Source: an uncultured Bacteroidota bacterium (GTDB lineage Bacteria > Bacteroidota > Bacteroidia > Bacteroidales > DTGW01). From it: DNA of 64,000 nucleotides. The stretch is taken from NCBI GenBank assembly GCA_963851385.1, contig CAWKPE010000010.1, positions 199,269 through 263,268 of the forward strand, given 5' to 3'. Both the position numbers and the translations under genes were made by a program. Within the stretch, counting starts at the first letter, position 1; every line of letters begins with the position of its first letter. Under the pieces are notes generated by a model, which ran no database searches, was not told where the DNA came from, and worked only from the letters and a program-made list of their open reading frames with translations. This document shows, piece after piece, positions 1 to 11,658 of the stretch.

Positions 1-61
1 TCATCGCTTTACGATGTGAACTTGTTCTGCCTAAATGATTAACAACTCTGTTATGTCTCAT
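1..61 (-). CDS. rplQ: 50S ribosomal protein L17, first 20 codons only (runs off window start)
   Basis: Hand translation of the minus strand from ATG at 61 gives MRHNRVVNHLGRTSSHRKAM, the conserved L17 N-terminus. It lies directly downstream of rpoA. Absent from the ORF track because there is no stop in the window. Confidence 0.8.
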   Translation of the reverse strand, partial: MRHNRVVNHLGRTSSHRKAM

Positions 62-66
62 TGTAA

Positions 67-1059
67 TTATTCTTTGTCTAATTTATATTTGCTTACATCC
101 ATTCCAAAGGTCAGGTTCATCCCTTCGAGAAGTTCGTCTAATTCAGTAAGAGATTTTTTACCAAAATTTCTGAATTTCAACAAATCGTTTTTATTGAATT
201 TTACTAAATCACCAAGTGTTTCAACTTCAGCAGCTTTTAAGCAATTTAAAGCGCGAACAGAGAGGTCAAGATCAACAAGTTTAGTTTTGAGCAATTGTCG
301 CATGTGCAAAACTTCTTCATCAAATTCTTCATTTGCATTTTTTTCGTCTGAATCAAAAGTAATTTTTTCATCAGAAAAGAGCATAAAATGATAAATAAGA
401 ATCTTTGCAGCTTCTTTTAAAGCATCTTTAGGATGAATTGAACCATCAGTAACAATTTCAAATACCAACTTTTCATAGTCAGTTTTTTGCTCAACGCGAT
501 AGTTTTCAATGGAATACTTTACATTTTTAATAGGTGTAAAAATAGAATCCATAGCTATTACGCCTATTTCTGCATTAGGTAGTTTGTTTTCCTCAGAAGG
601 TACATATCCTCTTCCTTTGTTGATGTTAATCTCCATTTGAAGTTTAACATTGGGTTCTAAATGACAAATTACCAAATCGGTATTAAGCACCTTAAAACTA
701 CTTAAAAATTTATTCAAATCACCCGCTTTAAAAGCATTTGAACCACTAATGGTGAAATGAATTTTTTCATGATCAATATCTTCTACTACACGTTTAAAAC
801 GTACTTGTTTAAGATTAAGAATTATTTCTGTAACATCTTCAACAACACCTTTTATTGTAGAGAATTCATGATCTACGCCTTCAATTTTAATAGAGGTGAT
901 TGCAAAACCCTCTAAGGAAGAAAGTAAAATTCTTCTAAGTGCATTGCCAATGGTCATACCATAACCCGGCTCCAGGGGTCTGAACTCAAACTGCCCCGAA
1001 GTTTCGGTTGCACTAACCATAATTACCTTATCGGGTTTTTGAAAAGCTAATATTGCCAT
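67..1059 (-). CDS. rpoA: DNA-directed RNA polymerase subunit alpha
   Basis: 330-aa ORF with [12 protein letters not shown]... N-terminus and C-terminal domain [21 protein letters not shown]. Sits between rpsD and rplQ. Confidence 0.97.
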   Translation of the reverse strand: MAILAFQKPDKVIMVSATETSGQFEFRPLEPGYGMTIGNALRRILLSSLEGFAITSIKIEGVDHEFSTIKGVVEDVTEIILNLKQVRFKRVVEDIDHEKIHFTISGSNAFKAGDLNKFLSSFKVLNTDLVICHLEPNVKLQMEININKGRGYVPSEENKLPNAEIGVIAMDSIFTPIKNVKYSIENYRVEQKTDYEKLVFEIVTDGSIHPKDALKEAAKILIYHFMLFSDEKITFDSDEKNANEEFDEEVLHMRQLLKTKLVDLDLSVRALNCLKAAEVETLGDLVKFNKNDLLKFRNFGKKSLTELDELLEGMNLTFGMDVSKYKLDKE

Positions 1060-1073
1060 ATAAATATTTAAAA

Positions 1074-1682
1074 TTATTTCGAATATAGTTCTACAATCAA
1101 TTGTTCCTTAATATTTTCAGGTATTTCATTTCTTTCAGGAACATTAAGAAATTTACCTGTATAGTTATCTTTATCCCATTCTAACCAGGATGATTTTGTA
1201 TATCTTGCTGTACCCAGAGAATCGTTAATAACTTCAAGTGATTTTGATTTTTCACGTACGCCAACTATATCGCCAGGTCTTACATGAAATGAAGGAATAT
1301 TTACTACTTCTCCATTAACAGTAATATGACGATGTGTAACAAGCTGCCTGGCACCATTACGTGATTGTGCCACTCCTAAACGAAATACCACATTATCCAG
1401 TCTTGATTCTAATAATTGTAACAATACCTCACCTGTTACACCTTTGCTTCTTTGCGCTTTGTCAAAAAGATTTGCAAACTGTCTCTCCAGGCAACCATAA
1501 GTGTGTTTTGCTTTTTGTTTTTCACGTAATTGAATGCCATATTCAGAAAGTTTCTTTCTTTTTCTATTTAAACCATGTTGGCCCGGAGGATAATTTTTCT
1601 TCTCAAAAGTTTTATCTGGTCCAAAAATAGGTTCTCCAAAAATTCTTGCAATTCTAGTTTTCGGTCCTTTATATCTTGCCAT
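1074..1682 (-). CDS. rpsD: 30S ribosomal protein S4
   Basis: 202 aa, [20 protein letters not shown]... Alpha-operon position. Confidence 0.97.
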   Translation of the reverse strand: MARYKGPKTRIARIFGEPIFGPDKTFEKKNYPPGQHGLNRKRKKLSEYGIQLREKQKAKHTYGCLERQFANLFDKAQRSKGVTGEVLLQLLESRLDNVVFRLGVAQSRNGARQLVTHRHITVNGEVVNIPSFHVRPGDIVGVREKSKSLEVINDSLGTARYTKSSWLEWDKDNYTGKFLNVPERNEIPENIKEQLIVELYSK

Positions 1683-1726
1683 TATAGATAATATGAATAA
1701 ATAAAGTAATTATTAATGTATTGTCT

Positions 1727-2116
1727 TTATACTCTTCTTCTGCTGGGAGGTCTACAGCCATTGTGAGGTAAGGGAGTGACATCTACTATTTCTGCAACTT
1801 CAATACCACACGCATGAATAGAACGAATAGCGGATTCTCTTCCTGCACCTGGTCCTTTTACATACACTTTTACTTTTCGCAATCCGGCTTCATAAGCTAT
1901 CTTCCCACAATCTTCTGCAGCTGTCTGAGCAGCATAAGGTGTATTTTTTTTCGATCCCCTAAATCCCATTTTTCCGGCAGAAGACCACGAAATTACTTGT
2001 CCTTCATTATTAGTTAGCGAAATAATAATGTTATTAAATGATGCATGAATATGAGCCTGTCCTGTAGACTCAATTTTTACAACTTTTCTTTTTGATGCGC
2101 CTGTCTTTTTAGCCAT
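1727..2116 (-). CDS. rpsK: 30S ribosomal protein S11
   Basis: 129 aa, ...[19 protein letters not shown]...GRESAIR... Operon position. Confidence 0.97.
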   Translation of the reverse strand: MAKKTGASKRKVVKIESTGQAHIHASFNNIIISLTNNEGQVISWSSAGKMGFRGSKKNTPYAAQTAAEDCGKIAYEAGLRKVKVYVKGPGAGRESAIRSIHACGIEVAEIVDVTPLPHNGCRPPSRRRV

Positions 2117-2124
2117 TTTATTTA

Positions 2125-2505
2125 TTATCCTTTAACTGCTTTTTTCTTATTAGCGATAGTTTTCTTTCTGCCTTTTCTGGTTCTAGCATTATTTTTTGTA
2201 CGTTGTCCTCTTACCGGTAATCCTGAGCGATGACGAATTCCTCTATAACTCCCGATATCCATTAAACGTTTTATATTCAATTGAACTGATGAACGAAGTT
2301 CTCCTTCAACTTTCAATTGTTCATTGATGATAGACCTTATTTTAGTAAGTTGACTGTCGTCCCAGTCATTTACTTTAACATCTTCACTAATTCCAGCCTG
2401 AGCCAGAATTTTTTTGGCAGAGCTTCTGCCAATACCGAATATATAGGTCAAACCTATTACTCCTCTTTTATTTTTTGGTAAATCAACTCCTACGATTCTT
2501 GCCAT
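2125..2505 (-). CDS. rpsM: 30S ribosomal protein S13
   Basis: 126 aa, [14 protein letters not shown]..., basic C-terminus. Confidence 0.97.
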   Translation of the reverse strand: MARIVGVDLPKNKRGVIGLTYIFGIGRSSAKKILAQAGISEDVKVNDWDDSQLTKIRSIINEQLKVEGELRSSVQLNIKRLMDIGSYRGIRHRSGLPVRGQRTKNNARTRKGRKKTIANKKKAVKG

Positions 2506-2539
2506 AGATTAAATTTTTGGAAGTGCAAAATTAAATAAT

Positions 2540-2656
2540 TTATCCCTGACGTTGTTTATACTTAGGATTTTTTTTGCTAATTACATAAAGACGACCTTTC
2601 CGTCTTACAATTTTGCAATCGGCGCTTCGTTTCTTTATAGATGTTTTGACTTTCAT
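2540..2656 (-). CDS. rpmJ: 50S ribosomal protein L36
   Basis: Too short for the ORF track. Hand translation gives [38 protein letters not shown] (38 aa). Lies between infA and rpsM. Confidence 0.9.
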   Translation of the reverse strand: MKVKTSIKKRSADCKIVRRKGRLYVISKKNPKYKQRQG

Positions 2657-2752
2657 TGTTTTATATTTAAATATTCTTAATTTCTATTAATTTTTGTACA
2701 GCCTGCTTGAAGCAGTCTTTTTATTGGTCCAGCTACAAACTGGCTCTTACAA

Positions 2753-2971
2753 TTATTTGTATCTGAATGTAATTCTACCTTTTGTTAAATCATAAGGTGA
2801 CATTTCAACTCTTACCTTATCTCCAGGTAATAATTTAATATAATGCATCCTCATTTTGCCGGAAATATGAGCTGTAATAACATGCCCGTTTTCCAGTTCT
2901 ACACGAAACATTGCATTTGATAATGCTTCGGTAATTGTTCCATCTTGCTCTATTGAGGCCTGTTTTGACAT
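2753..2971 (-). CDS. infA: translation initiation factor IF-1
   Basis: 72 aa, ...[35 protein letters not shown]. Confidence 0.97.
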   Translation of the reverse strand: MSKQASIEQDGTITEALSNAMFRVELENGHVITAHISGKMRMHYIKLLPGDKVRVEMSPYDLTKGRITFRYK

Positions 2972-2982
2972 AAAAAATAAAT

Positions 2983-3768
2983 TTAAAAGTCTTTATTTCC
3001 TAATACTTTTTCAACATATGAAAACGTAGACAATACATCTGCTTTATCTTTATCAATCGCCACAGCCAGTTCAAAATGAGCAGATGGTTTGTTGTCCGCT
3101 GTTCTTACTGCCCAACCATCATTCTCCTGGAATATTTTTTTCTCTCCCAAATTAATCATAGGTTCAATGCAAAGTACCATTCCTTTTTTGAGCAATGGTC
3201 CTGTTCCTCTTTTCCCGTAGTTAGGAACTTCCGGTGCCTCATGAAGGTGCGTACCTAAACCATGACCTACCATTTCACGAACTACTGAGTAACCTGATGC
3301 TTCACAATAGGATTGAACAGCAAAAGCAATATCACCAATTCTTTTTCCATCTATTGCCATTTCTATACCTTTGAACAGGCTTGCCTTGGTAACTTCAAGT
3401 AAATTATGAACTTGTTCAGAAATTTCGCCTACAGCAAAAGTATAGGCAGTATCACCATAGTACCCATTCAAAATTACACCGCAATCAATTGAAACAATAT
3501 CTCCTTCTTTTAATTCTATCTTGGAAGGAATGCCATGGACAACTTGGCTGTTTATTGAAGTACAGAGAGTTTTAGGATATTTATTATAGCCTAAAAAACC
3601 TGGAACTCCGCCATTGTTTCTAATATATTCCTCAGCCTTTTTATCCAAGTATTCGGTTGTAACTCCGGGTTTGATGAACTCGGTTACTGCGGCAAGAGTT
3701 TTTGAAACCAATAAGTTACTCTGCCTTAGTAACTCAATTTCTTCAGCTGTTCGGATATTGACCATCAA
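2983..3768 (-). CDS. map: type I methionine aminopeptidase
   Basis: 261 aa with MetAP-like contexts (VVHGIP, IDCG, VGHGLG, CIEPM). Lies between secY and infA. Confidence 0.95.
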   Translation of the reverse strand: MMVNIRTAEEIELLRQSNLLVSKTLAAVTEFIKPGVTTEYLDKKAEEYIRNNGGVPGFLGYNKYPKTLCTSINSQVVHGIPSKIELKEGDIVSIDCGVILNGYYGDTAYTFAVGEISEQVHNLLEVTKASLFKGIEMAIDGKRIGDIAFAVQSYCEASGYSVVREMVGHGLGTHLHEAPEVPNYGKRGTGPLLKKGMVLCIEPMINLGEKKIFQENDGWAVRTADNKPSAHFELAVAIDKDKADVLSTFSYVEKVLGNKDF

Positions 3769-3785
3769 AGAACTTTACGTGACTA

Positions 3786-5111
3786 TTACATACTGCTTCT
3801 ACCTTTAATACGGCCAGTTTTCATCAAACCGTCGTAATGACGCATCAGCAGATGACTTTCTATTTGTTGCAATGTATCAAGAATTACACCAACCATAATC
3901 AGCAAGCTTGTACCTCCATAAAAATGGGCAAATTTATTTTGCATACCCGAAAGGATAGCAAATGCCGGCAAGATTGCTACAATTGCTAAAAATATTGCCC
4001 CAGGTAAAGTAATTTTTGACATGACTGAATCAATAAATTCAGAAGTTTTTCTTCCGGGTTTGACACCAGGAATAAATCCACCATTTTTTTTCATATCTTC
4101 TGCCATTTGATTGGGATTAACAGTAATGGCAGTGTAAAAATATGTAAATACGACTATAAGCAATCCAAATACAAAATTATACCAAAACCCAGTAATATGT
4201 GAAAAAGCAGAAACAAAACCGCTTATACTTTCAGATTTTGCAAAACCAGCAACAGTAATTGGAATAAACATAAGAGCCTGTGCAAATATTATTGGCATAA
4301 CACCGGCAGCATTCACCTTTAATGGTATATATTGGCGAACTCCACCATATTGTTTATTACCTACAATTCTTTTTGCATACTGCACAGGAATACGCCTTGT
4401 TCCCTGAATAAGTAAAATAGTGCCTGCAAATACTACAAATAAAACTATCAATTCAGCTAAAAGAACTACTAAACCTCCTCCTTTCTGCTCTAATCTTGAT
4501 CCGAATTCTTCTAATAAAGCCGAAGGAAGCCTAGCAATAATTCCAATCATAATTAACAGTGAAATTCCGTTCCCAATTCCCTTTTCAGTTACTCTTTCGC
4601 CGAGCCACATTATAAATATAGTTCCTGCAGTTAATAATATAGCTCCAGTGACATCAAACAAGGCACCTCCCTTAAAAGCTTCACGGGGTATTGTAGCATG
4701 AAGATTTGCCAAATAACTTGGAGCTTGTAAAAGTAAAATAAGAACAGTCAAATAACGAGTATGCTGATTCATTTTGCGACGACCACTCTCGCCCTCTTTC
4801 TGTAATCTCTGATAATAAGGAACTGCCATCCCCAGCAATTGCATAACAATAGATGCAGAGATATAAGGCATAACACCAAGAGCAAAAACAGATGCGTTAG
4901 AAAAAGCACCTCCTGAAAACATGTCAAGTATTCCAAGTATACCAGAATTGACCTGATTTTTTAATTGACCAAGCATTAATGGATCAATACCTGGCAAGAC
5001 AACAAATGAACCAAGCCTATATATAAGTACAATGCCTAAAGTATAGAGTATTCTTGCACGCAATTCCTCTATCTTCCAGATATTACTTAAAGTTTCAATA
5101 AACTTTTTCAT
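3786..5111 (-). CDS. secY: preprotein translocase subunit SecY
   Basis: 441-aa polytopic membrane protein, ...FYGGTSLLIMVGVILDTLQQIESHL... Follows rplO. Confidence 0.97.
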   Translation of the reverse strand: MKKFIETLSNIWKIEELRARILYTLGIVLIYRLGSFVVLPGIDPLMLGQLKNQVNSGILGILDMFSGGAFSNASVFALGVMPYISASIVMQLLGMAVPYYQRLQKEGESGRRKMNQHTRYLTVLILLLQAPSYLANLHATIPREAFKGGALFDVTGAILLTAGTIFIMWLGERVTEKGIGNGISLLIMIGIIARLPSALLEEFGSRLEQKGGGLVVLLAELIVLFVVFAGTILLIQGTRRIPVQYAKRIVGNKQYGGVRQYIPLKVNAAGVMPIIFAQALMFIPITVAGFAKSESISGFVSAFSHITGFWYNFVFGLLIVVFTYFYTAITVNPNQMAEDMKKNGGFIPGVKPGRKTSEFIDSVMSKITLPGAIFLAIVAILPAFAILSGMQNKFAHFYGGTSLLIMVGVILDTLQQIESHLLMRHYDGLMKTGRIKGRSSM

Positions 5112-5560
5112 TAGTCAACAAGTTTTACTGCGGTTCCTTTAACTTCCAAAATAGCTGCCTCAGCAGACTTTGAAAAGGCATGAGCCTTTACTTCAAGTTT
5201 AGCAACTAACTTTCCTTTGCCCAATATTTTAATAAGATTGTTTTTAGATGCCAGACCCGCTTCAATAAGTACCTGAGGACTGACACTTGTAAGTCCTTTG
5301 TCAGCTAATCTTTGCAAAACTTCAATATTAATAGCTTTGTATTCAACTCTGTTGTAATTAGTAAAACCAAATTTAGGCAAGCGCCTTTGTATGGGCATTT
5401 GACCTCCTTCAAAACCTCTTTTTCTTGAATATCCTGAGCGAGATTTAGCACCTTTATGCCCTCTTCCGGAAGTACCACCATCTGTAGATCCCTGTCCTCT
5501 TCCAGCACGTTTATTGGCTCTTATAGATTTTTTTGCCGGTTTTAAATTACTCAAATCCAT
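5111..5560 (-). CDS. rplO: 50S ribosomal protein L15
   Basis: 149 aa with Gly/Arg-rich N-terminus [18 protein letters not shown]. Confidence 0.95.
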   Translation of the reverse strand: MDLSNLKPAKKSIRANKRAGRGQGSTDGGTSGRGHKGAKSRSGYSRKRGFEGGQMPIQRRLPKFGFTNYNRVEYKAINIEVLQRLADKGLTSVSPQVLIEAGLASKNNLIKILGKGKLVAKLEVKAHAFSKSAEAAILEVKGTAVKLVD

Positions 5561-5652
5561 GATGTTTTTTATTTGTTTTTAGTTGTTTGTTAATAGTCGT
5601 TTGCAGAGAAATATTTTCCATCAACTTACAACCATCAACTATTTTCTATATT

Positions 5653-5832
5653 TTAAATTGGTTCAGTCTTTACTAAATGATGCACTTTCGCAATCATTCC
5701 TTTAATTACCGGATTGACTTCTACCTCAACACTGCTATTGCGTTTACCAAGACCTAATGCTTGAAGAGTTCGCAGTTGACGTTTAGTGCTACCGCTTTTA
5801 CCTTTTACCAAAACAACTTTTATTTTACTCAT
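5653..5832 (-). CDS. rpmD: 50S ribosomal protein L30
   Basis: Not in the ORF track (59 aa). Hand translation gives MSKIKVVLVKGKSGSTKRQLRTLQALGLGKRNSSVEVEVNPVIKGMIAKVHHLVKTEPI. Lies between rpsE and rplO. Confidence 0.9.
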   Translation of the reverse strand: MSKIKVVLVKGKSGSTKRQLRTLQALGLGKRNSSVEVEVNPVIKGMIAKVHHLVKTEPI

Positions 5833-5851
5833 AATACATTAGAAAAATCAA

Positions 5852-6370
5852 TTATCCTTTAAATACTTTTTCTATAGTTATATCTCGTGATTGAGCTACC
5901 CTGATAGGATCACGGAGTTCAAGTAAAGCACGAAAAGTAGCTTTTACTAAATTGTGAGGGTTAGATGATCCTTTTGATTTTGCAAGCACATCGTGGATAC
6001 CAACACTTTCAAGCACTGCGCGCATAGCACCTCCTGCTTTTACGCCAGTACCACCAGAAGCAGGTTTTAAAAATACCTTTGCACCACCATATTTAGCAAT
6101 TTGTTCATGAGGAATAGTGCCTTTATAAATCGGAACCTTAATCAGGTTTTTCTTAGCATCTTCAATTCCTTTTGATATTGCAGTAGTAACTTCACTGGCT
6201 TTTCCTAAACCATAACCTACAATTCCATCTTCGTTGCCTACTACAACTATTGCTGAAAAACTGAAAGTACGGCCTCCTTTTGTAACCTTAGTTACACGCT
6301 GAATACTTACTAACCTGTCTTTTAGTTCCAGATCGCTTGTTTTTACTTTACGAATAGCGTTTTCTGACAT
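5852..6370 (-). CDS. rpsE: 30S ribosomal protein S5
   Basis: 172 aa, ...[22 protein letters not shown]... Confidence 0.97.
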   Translation of the reverse strand: MSENAIRKVKTSDLELKDRLVSIQRVTKVTKGGRTFSFSAIVVVGNEDGIVGYGLGKASEVTTAISKGIEDAKKNLIKVPIYKGTIPHEQIAKYGGAKVFLKPASGGTGVKAGGAMRAVLESVGIHDVLAKSKGSSNPHNLVKATFRALLELRDPIRVAQSRDITIEKVFKG

Positions 6371-6376
6371 AATCTA

Positions 6377-6736
6377 CTATAATTTAAGACCGCCTTCACG
6401 GGCAGCATCTGCTAAAATTTTAACTCTTCCATGATACAGGTATCCATTGCGATCAAAAACAACTTCTTTAATACCTTTTTGCAAGCTAATTTCTGCTATC
6501 TTTTTTCCAACAAGTTTAGCCTGTTCAGCTTTTTTCCCTTTTGATGCTTCTGCAATTTCCTTTATTGTTGAAGAAACAGCAGCAAGAGTATGTCCTGATA
6601 AATCATCTACCAATTGAACATATATTTGTTTATTGCTGCGAAAAACAGACATTCTTGGTTTCAGGCTAGTGCCAGACACTTGCTTCCTGATCCTGTGTTT
6701 AATTCTTATTCTTCTTTCAAGCTTTGTTAATGACAT
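6377..6736 (-). CDS. rplR: 50S ribosomal protein L18
   Basis: 119 aa, ...IYVQLVDD...[22 protein letters not shown]. Confidence 0.97.
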   Translation of the reverse strand: MSLTKLERRIRIKHRIRKQVSGTSLKPRMSVFRSNKQIYVQLVDDLSGHTLAAVSSTIKEIAEASKGKKAEQAKLVGKKIAEISLQKGIKEVVFDRNGYLYHGRVKILADAAREGGLKL

Positions 6737-6748
6737 ATTCTTAATATT

Positions 6749-7312
6749 TTACTTTGCAGCTGCAGCTGCAGTTTTACCGGCTTTTCTTCTGATCTTTTCA
6801 CCAACAAACTTAATACCTTTACCTTTGTAAGGTTCTGGTTTTCTGAGTGAACGTATTTTTGCAGCAACTACACCCAGTAATTGTTTATCGGCACTTTTAA
6901 GTGTAATAACAGGATTGGATCTTTTTTCAGTCTTAGCTTCTACTTTAACTTCCTTAGGTATCTGAAATAAAATTTCATGTGAATAACCAAGAGCTAATTC
7001 AAGATTTTGTCCTTTTGCTTCTGCTCTATAACCTACTCCGACTAATTCCTGTTCAATTGTAAAACCTACTGATACACCTTTAACCATATTGGCAATTAAA
7101 GATCTGTATAAACCATGCAATGAACGATGACGTTTTTGATCCGTTGGTCTTGTAACTAAAATCTGATTGTCTTCTATTGTAACTTTGATATCAGGATCAA
7201 CTTTTTGTTTCAATTCTCCTAGTGGACCTTTAACTGTAACTAAATTTGAAGAATCAACAGTTATTGTCACACCTTTTGGTATATCTATCGGTAATTTTCC
7301 AATTCTTGACAT
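6749..7312 (-). CDS. rplF: 50S ribosomal protein L6
   Basis: The 198-aa ORF is trimmed to the internal start MSRIGKLPI (ATG at 7312). The upstream 11 codons overlap the rpsH 3' end. Confidence 0.93.
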   Translation of the reverse strand: MSRIGKLPIDIPKGVTITVDSSNLVTVKGPLGELKQKVDPDIKVTIEDNQILVTRPTDQKRHRSLHGLYRSLIANMVKGVSVGFTIEQELVGVGYRAEAKGQNLELALGYSHEILFQIPKEVKVEAKTEKRSNPVITLKSADKQLLGVVAAKIRSLRKPEPYKGKGIKFVGEKIRRKAGKTAAAAAK

Positions 7313-7329
7313 TGTATTATTCCTCCGAA

Positions 7330-7726
7330 TTAATAAACATAACATAAAACTTCTCCGCCGATATTTTTCTCTCGTGCTTCTTTATCGGTCATTACTCCTT
7401 GAGAAGTTGATAATATAGCTATTCCAAGACCATTTAATATTCTTGGCATATTTTCTTTGCCAGCATAATTTCGTAAGCCCGGACGGCTTACTCTTTGTAT
7501 TGATTTAATAGCAGATTTCCTGTTTTCAGGATTGATATTTTAAAGCAATTTTAATTATACCCTGCGGGCCCTGGTCCTCAAATTTGTAATTCAGGATATA
7601 ACCTTTTTCATAAAGAATTTTAGTTATTTCTTTTTTTAAATTTGAAGCAGGTATCTCTACAATTCTATGATTAGCTTTAATAGCGTTTCTTAATCTGGTA
7701 AGAAAATCTGCAATAGGATCTGTCAT
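7330..7726 (-). pseudogene. rpsH: 30S ribosomal protein S8, reading frame broken once as sequenced
   Basis: The N-terminal 66 aa (MTDPIADFLTRLRNAI...ALKYQS*) stop at 7526. The rest is [67 protein letters not shown], read by hand in another frame down to 7330. Removing one base near 7529-7540 rejoins the two parts. Confidence 0.9.
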
Positions 7727-7748
7727 TATTAATATTTCATTTATAATT

Positions 7749-8018
7749 TTACCAACTAGCTTTTTTAACTCCAGGAATTAAACCTTTAGAAGCCATTTCA
7801 CGGAATAGTATGCGACTGATTCCAAACTGGCGAATATAACCTTTTGGACGACCAGTAATCATGCAACGATTATGCATCCTGATAGGATTTGAGTTTTTAG
7901 GCAAATTTTGTAATGCACTATAATCACCAGCAGCCTTTAACTTGGCTCTTTTTTCGGCATATTTATCTACAAGATTTTTACGCTTAACTTCGCGTGCTTT
8001 CATTGATTCCTTAGCCAT
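7749..8018 (-). CDS. rpsN: 30S ribosomal protein S14
   Basis: 89 aa, ...[35 protein letters not shown]. Confidence 0.96.
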   Translation of the reverse strand: MAKESMKAREVKRKNLVDKYAEKRAKLKAAGDYSALQNLPKNSNPIRMHNRCMITGRPKGYIRQFGISRILFREMASKGLIPGVKKASW

Positions 8019-8021
8019 ATA

Positions 8022-8579
8022 TTATTTCTTTTTCATAGTTTTAAACGGAATACCAAATTCTCTTAACAAAGCCATACCTTCTTCATCAGTATTAGCAGAA
8101 GTAATGAAACTGATTTCAAGTCCCATTAATTTTGTTATCTTGTCAATATCGATTTCAGGAAAAATTATTTGTTCTGTTAACCCAAGATTGTAATTTCCAC
8201 GACCATCAAATTTGCTATTAACTCCTTTAAAGTCGCGGATACGAGGCAATGCAACAGATATTAATCTTTCAAGGAATTCGTACATCTTGTCTTGACGAAG
8301 TGTAACCTTCACTCCAATGGGCATTTTCCTCCTCAGTTTAAAATTCGAAATATCTTTCTTTGCATAAGTTTGAATTGCTTTTTGTCCACTGATATTACTT
8401 AACTCATTAAGCGCAACTTCAATTAGTTTTTTATCAGCAACAGCATCTCCAACACCCTGGTTAAGAATTATCTTTTCCAACTTTGGAACCTGCATTACAC
8501 TTTTATATTTGAATTCTTTTTTTAATGCAGGAATAATTTCTTCTTTATATTTACGCTTTAGATTAGGTACGTAATTCAT
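8022..8579 (-). CDS. rplE: 50S ribosomal protein L5
   Basis: 185 aa, spc-operon position between rplX and rpsN. Confidence 0.96.
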   Translation of the reverse strand: MNYVPNLKRKYKEEIIPALKKEFKYKSVMQVPKLEKIILNQGVGDAVADKKLIEVALNELSNISGQKAIQTYAKKDISNFKLRRKMPIGVKVTLRQDKMYEFLERLISVALPRIRDFKGVNSKFDGRGNYNLGLTEQIIFPEIDIDKITKLMGLEISFITSANTDEEGMALLREFGIPFKTMKKK

Positions 8580-8902
8580 TATTTTATTTCCTCCCCTGAT
8601 TTTTTAGCGTATTTAACTAATTTATTATCTTCATTGAGTCTGCGACCAATACGTGTTTTTTCACCACTTTTAGGATCAATCAGCATTAAATTTGAAACAT
8701 GAATAGGAGCCTCTTTTTTTAAAATTCCACCTTGCGGACTTTTAGCATTTGGCTTAGTGTGTTTAGATACCAAATTTATGCCTTCTACTATGGCTTTCTT
8801 TTTATCACGGATTACTTCAAGTACTCTACCTTGCCGGCCTTTATATTCGCCTGTATTTACTATTACAGTGTCGCCTTTTTTTATATGAAACTTAGTTTGC
8901 AT
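8579..8902 (-). CDS. rplX: 50S ribosomal protein L24
   Basis: 107 aa, KOW motif [23 protein letters not shown]. Confidence 0.96.
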   Translation of the reverse strand: MQTKFHIKKGDTVIVNTGEYKGRQGRVLEVIRDKKKAIVEGINLVSKHTKPNAKSPQGGILKKEAPIHVSNLMLIDPKSGEKTRIGRRLNEDNKLVKYAKKSGEEIK

Positions 8903-8920
8903 TGAACTAATAATTAAAAA

Positions 8921-9286
8921 TTAAAGTACTTCAGGAGCAAGTGAAACAATTTTCATGTAATTGTCACGTAATTCTCTGGCAACAGGTCCAAATATACGTG
9001 TCCCACGAATTTCATCCACATTGTTTAACAAAACAACTGCATTATCATCGAATCTTATATAAGAACCATCTGGTCTCCTGATTTCTTTTTTAGTACGAAC
9101 TACAACTGCTTTACTTACTGTTCCTTTTTTTACTTCGCCTGCAGGTAGCGCGCTTTTTACACTAACTACAATTTTATCTCCCACACTAGCATATCTTCTG
9201 CGTGTGCCTCCTAAAACACGAATGCAGAGCACTTCTTTAGCGCCACTGTTATCTGCTACTGCTAATCTGGTTTCCTGCTGTATCAT
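8921..9286 (-). CDS. rplN: 50S ribosomal protein L14
   Basis: 121 aa, [27 protein letters not shown]... Confidence 0.97.
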   Translation of the reverse strand: MIQQETRLAVADNSGAKEVLCIRVLGGTRRRYASVGDKIVVSVKSALPAGEVKKGTVSKAVVVRTKKEIRRPDGSYIRFDDNAVVLLNNVDEIRGTRIFGPVARELRDNYMKIVSLAPEVL

Positions 9287-9288
9287 GA

Positions 9289-9543
9289 TTATTTAACTTT
9301 CTCGATAATTTCTACTAATCTCCATCTTTTTGATTTAGATAATGGCTTTGTTTCCATAATCTTTACAGTATCTCCTATGCTGCAAGCATTTTGTTCGTCG
9401 TGCGCGTATAATTTAGAAGTTTTATTTACGAATTTTCCGTAAATAGGATGTTTCATTTTACGCTTTACAGTAACAATAATGGTTTTTTCCATTTTGTTGC
9501 TTACTACAACGCCAATACGTTCTTTTCGTAAGTTTCTTTCCAT
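9289..9543 (-). CDS. rpsQ: 30S ribosomal protein S17
   Basis: 84 aa, ...[16 protein letters not shown]...HDE.N....GD.V.I.E..PLSK.KRWRL. Confidence 0.95.
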   Translation of the reverse strand: MERNLRKERIGVVVSNKMEKTIIVTVKRKMKHPIYGKFVNKTSKLYAHDEQNACSIGDTVKIMETKPLSKSKRWRLVEIIEKVK

Positions 9544-9559
9544 CGTATATTCTTATTTG

Positions 9560-9757
9560 CTATTGCTCAGTTAAAACTCTTTTGCGTAATTCGCTCTGCA
9601 TCCGGGCAATATTTTTACGAGTTAAATTTATCTTCATCGGATTGTCCAGAGGTGATACGGCATGATTCATTCGAAGCTTTACCAACACGGTTTTTTCCGC
9701 ATCGATTCTTTCTTCAATTTCTTTTGTTGTTAATTCCTTAATAATTTCTCTTTTCAT
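9560..9757 (-). CDS. rpmC: 50S ribosomal protein L29
   Basis: 65 aa, position between rplP and rpsQ, helical KE-rich sequence. Confidence 0.93.
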   Translation of the reverse strand: MKREIIKELTTKEIEERIDAEKTVLVKLRMNHAVSPLDNPMKINLTRKNIARMQSELRKRVLTEQ

Positions 9758-9763
9758 AATTTA

Positions 9764-10190
9764 TCAGATTGTTTCTGAATAATCACGTCGTACCATAAAT
9801 TTGGTTGTAATAGGTAATTTCTGTGAAGCACGTTGTAATGCTTCTTTAGCAACACTAAAAGGAACACCGTCAATTTCAATAATAATACGTCCAGGTGTAA
9901 TTGGAGCCACAAAACCTTCAGGAGCACCTTTACCCTTTCCCATACGAACTTCAGCTGGTTTCTTGGTTATAGGTTTATCAGGAAAAATTCGAATCCATAC
10001 TTGGCCTTCACGTTTCATATGGCGGCTGACAGCCTGACGTGCTGCTTCCAATTGTCTTCCTGTAATCCATGCAGCTTTCTTCAGCTTTAATAGCAAATGA
10101 ACCAAATGCAATAGTGTTGCCACGTTGCGCATTTCCTTTCATCTTGCCTTTTTGCTGCCTTCTATATTTTGTCTTTTTCGGCTGTAACAT
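9764..10190 (-). pseudogene. rplP: 50S ribosomal protein L16, reading frame broken once as sequenced
   Basis: [38 protein letters not shown] then continues in another frame as [35 protein letters not shown]... The junction is at GAAGAAAGC (plus 10074-10082). Dropping one A restores L16. Confidence 0.9.
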
Positions 10191-10207
10191 TTTTAATAAG
10201 TGTTATA

Positions 10208-10912
10208 TTATTTCCGTCTTCTTTTGAAATCACCACCACCTTTTTGTTTTTGGCTCTTTAGTCCAATATTAGGAGTGAGATCACGTTTACCAAAAATTTC
10301 TCCATTACAAATCCAAACTTTTACTCCTAAACAACCAACTTTTGTATGAGCTTCAGCGAGAGCATAATCAATATCTGCACGAAAAGTATGTAGTGGAATA
10401 CGTCCTTCTTTCAGCATTTCTGTACGGGCCATTTCTGCTCCACCCAAGCGTCCTGAAATCATAACTTTTATACCTTCTGCACCCATGCGCATGGTTGACG
10501 CAATTGCCATTTTAATAGCTCGACGGTAAGATATTTTACCTTCAACCTGCCGGGCAATATTGTTAGCAACAATACATGCATCCAGTTCAGGTCTTTTAAC
10601 TTCAAAAATATTGATCTGAACTTCTTTATTGGTTATTTTTTTTAATTCTTCTTTCAATTTATCCACTTCCTGGCCACCCTTACCAATTATGATACCTGGA
10701 CGAGCAGTATTGACAGTAACAGTAATAAGTTTCAATGTACGTTCAATAATAATTTTAGAAATACTTGCTTTGGCTAAACGGGCATTAAGATATTCTCTTA
10801 TCTTGGTATCTTCAATAAGTTTGCTGCTATAATTTCTTCCACCATACCAATTAGAATCCCAACCTTTGATGATTCCTAACCTGTTTGAAATCGGATTAAC
10901 TTTCTGTCCCAT
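10208..10912 (-). CDS. rpsC: 30S ribosomal protein S3
   Basis: 234 aa, [23 protein letters not shown]... Confidence 0.97.
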   Translation of the reverse strand: MGQKVNPISNRLGIIKGWDSNWYGGRNYSSKLIEDTKIREYLNARLAKASISKIIIERTLKLITVTVNTARPGIIIGKGGQEVDKLKEELKKITNKEVQINIFEVKRPELDACIVANNIARQVEGKISYRRAIKMAIASTMRMGAEGIKVMISGRLGGAEMARTEMLKEGRIPLHTFRADIDYALAEAHTKVGCLGVKVWICNGEIFGKRDLTPNIGLKSQKQKGGGDFKRRRK

Positions 10913-10917
10913 CTATA

Positions 10918-11331
10918 TTAATTAGTTTGACTTGTGTTATTAACTGATTCTACTATTAACGTAACATGATTAGATCTTTTTCTAATCCGGTAACCTCTGC
11001 CTTGAGGCGCAGGACGAAGTCTTTTTAGTTGTCTGCCAGGATCAACAAATGCCTGTTTAACAACTAATTTTGTATCTTCAAGACGAACGCCTTCATTTTT
11101 AGCCTGCCAATTTGCAATAGCCGACATGAGCAATTTTTCAATTCTACGCGAAGCTTCTTGCTGAGAAAACTTTAGTATATCAAGTGCTTTGTTTACTTCA
11201 ATTCCACGAATAAGGTCAACAACCAATCGCATTTTGCGTGGTGAAGTAGGGCAATTACGAAGAATGGCCATAGTTTTCTTCTGCTTGGCTTCTTTAAATT
11301 TATTCGCTGTATTTCTTTTACGTGCGCCCAT
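10918..11331 (-). CDS. rplV: 50S ribosomal protein L22
   Basis: 137 aa, ...[14 protein letters not shown]... S10-operon position. Confidence 0.95.
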   Translation of the reverse strand: MGARKRNTANKFKEAKQKKTMAILRNCPTSPRKMRLVVDLIRGIEVNKALDILKFSQQEASRRIEKLLMSAIANWQAKNEGVRLEDTKLVVKQAFVDPGRQLKRLRPAPQGRGYRIRKRSNHVTLIVESVNNTSQTN

Positions 11332-11370
11332 TTCAGTGTTCTGAATAATAATTTATTGCTATATGTTTTA

Positions 11371-11640
11371 CTAATCTTTTCTATTACCGCTGTGTCCACG
11401 GAATGTTCTGGTAGGTGCAAATTCACCTAACTTATGTCCAACCATATTTTCTGTTATATAAACAGGAATGAACTTATTACCATTGTGAACTGCTACTGTA
11501 TGTCCAACAAAATCTGGTGGAATAACAGAAGCTCTTGCCCATGTTTTTACAACCGATTTTTTATTCGATTTATTCATAGCGGCAATTTTCTTATCCAGCT
11601 TATTATTAATATATGGTCCTTTTTTTAGTGAACGGCTCAT
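11371..11640 (-). CDS. rpsS: 30S ribosomal protein S19
   Basis: 89 aa, [11 protein letters not shown]...[16 protein letters not shown]. Confidence 0.97.
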   Translation of the reverse strand: MSRSLKKGPYINNKLDKKIAAMNKSNKKSVVKTWARASVIPPDFVGHTVAVHNGNKFIPVYITENMVGHKLGEFAPTRTFRGHSGNRKD

Positions 11641-11658
11641 AAAAGTATTATGTAAAAT

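Noticed and set aside
35-391. 118-aa plus-strand ORF and many similar 60-120-aa ORFs antisense to ribosomal and other genes (e.g. 1361-1630, 1814-2017, 4420-4701, 8022-side 7942-8193, 9801-10037, 16066-16437)
   Set aside because: They lie fully inside strongly conserved genes on the opposite strand and have low-complexity, Ser/Phe/Leu/Ile-rich translations typical of AT-rich shadow frames. They match no recognisable motifs.
11193-11426. 77-aa minus-strand ORF bridging rplV and rpsS
   Set aside because: It is out of frame with both conserved ribosomal genes and explained by chance in the AT-rich spacer plus gene ends.
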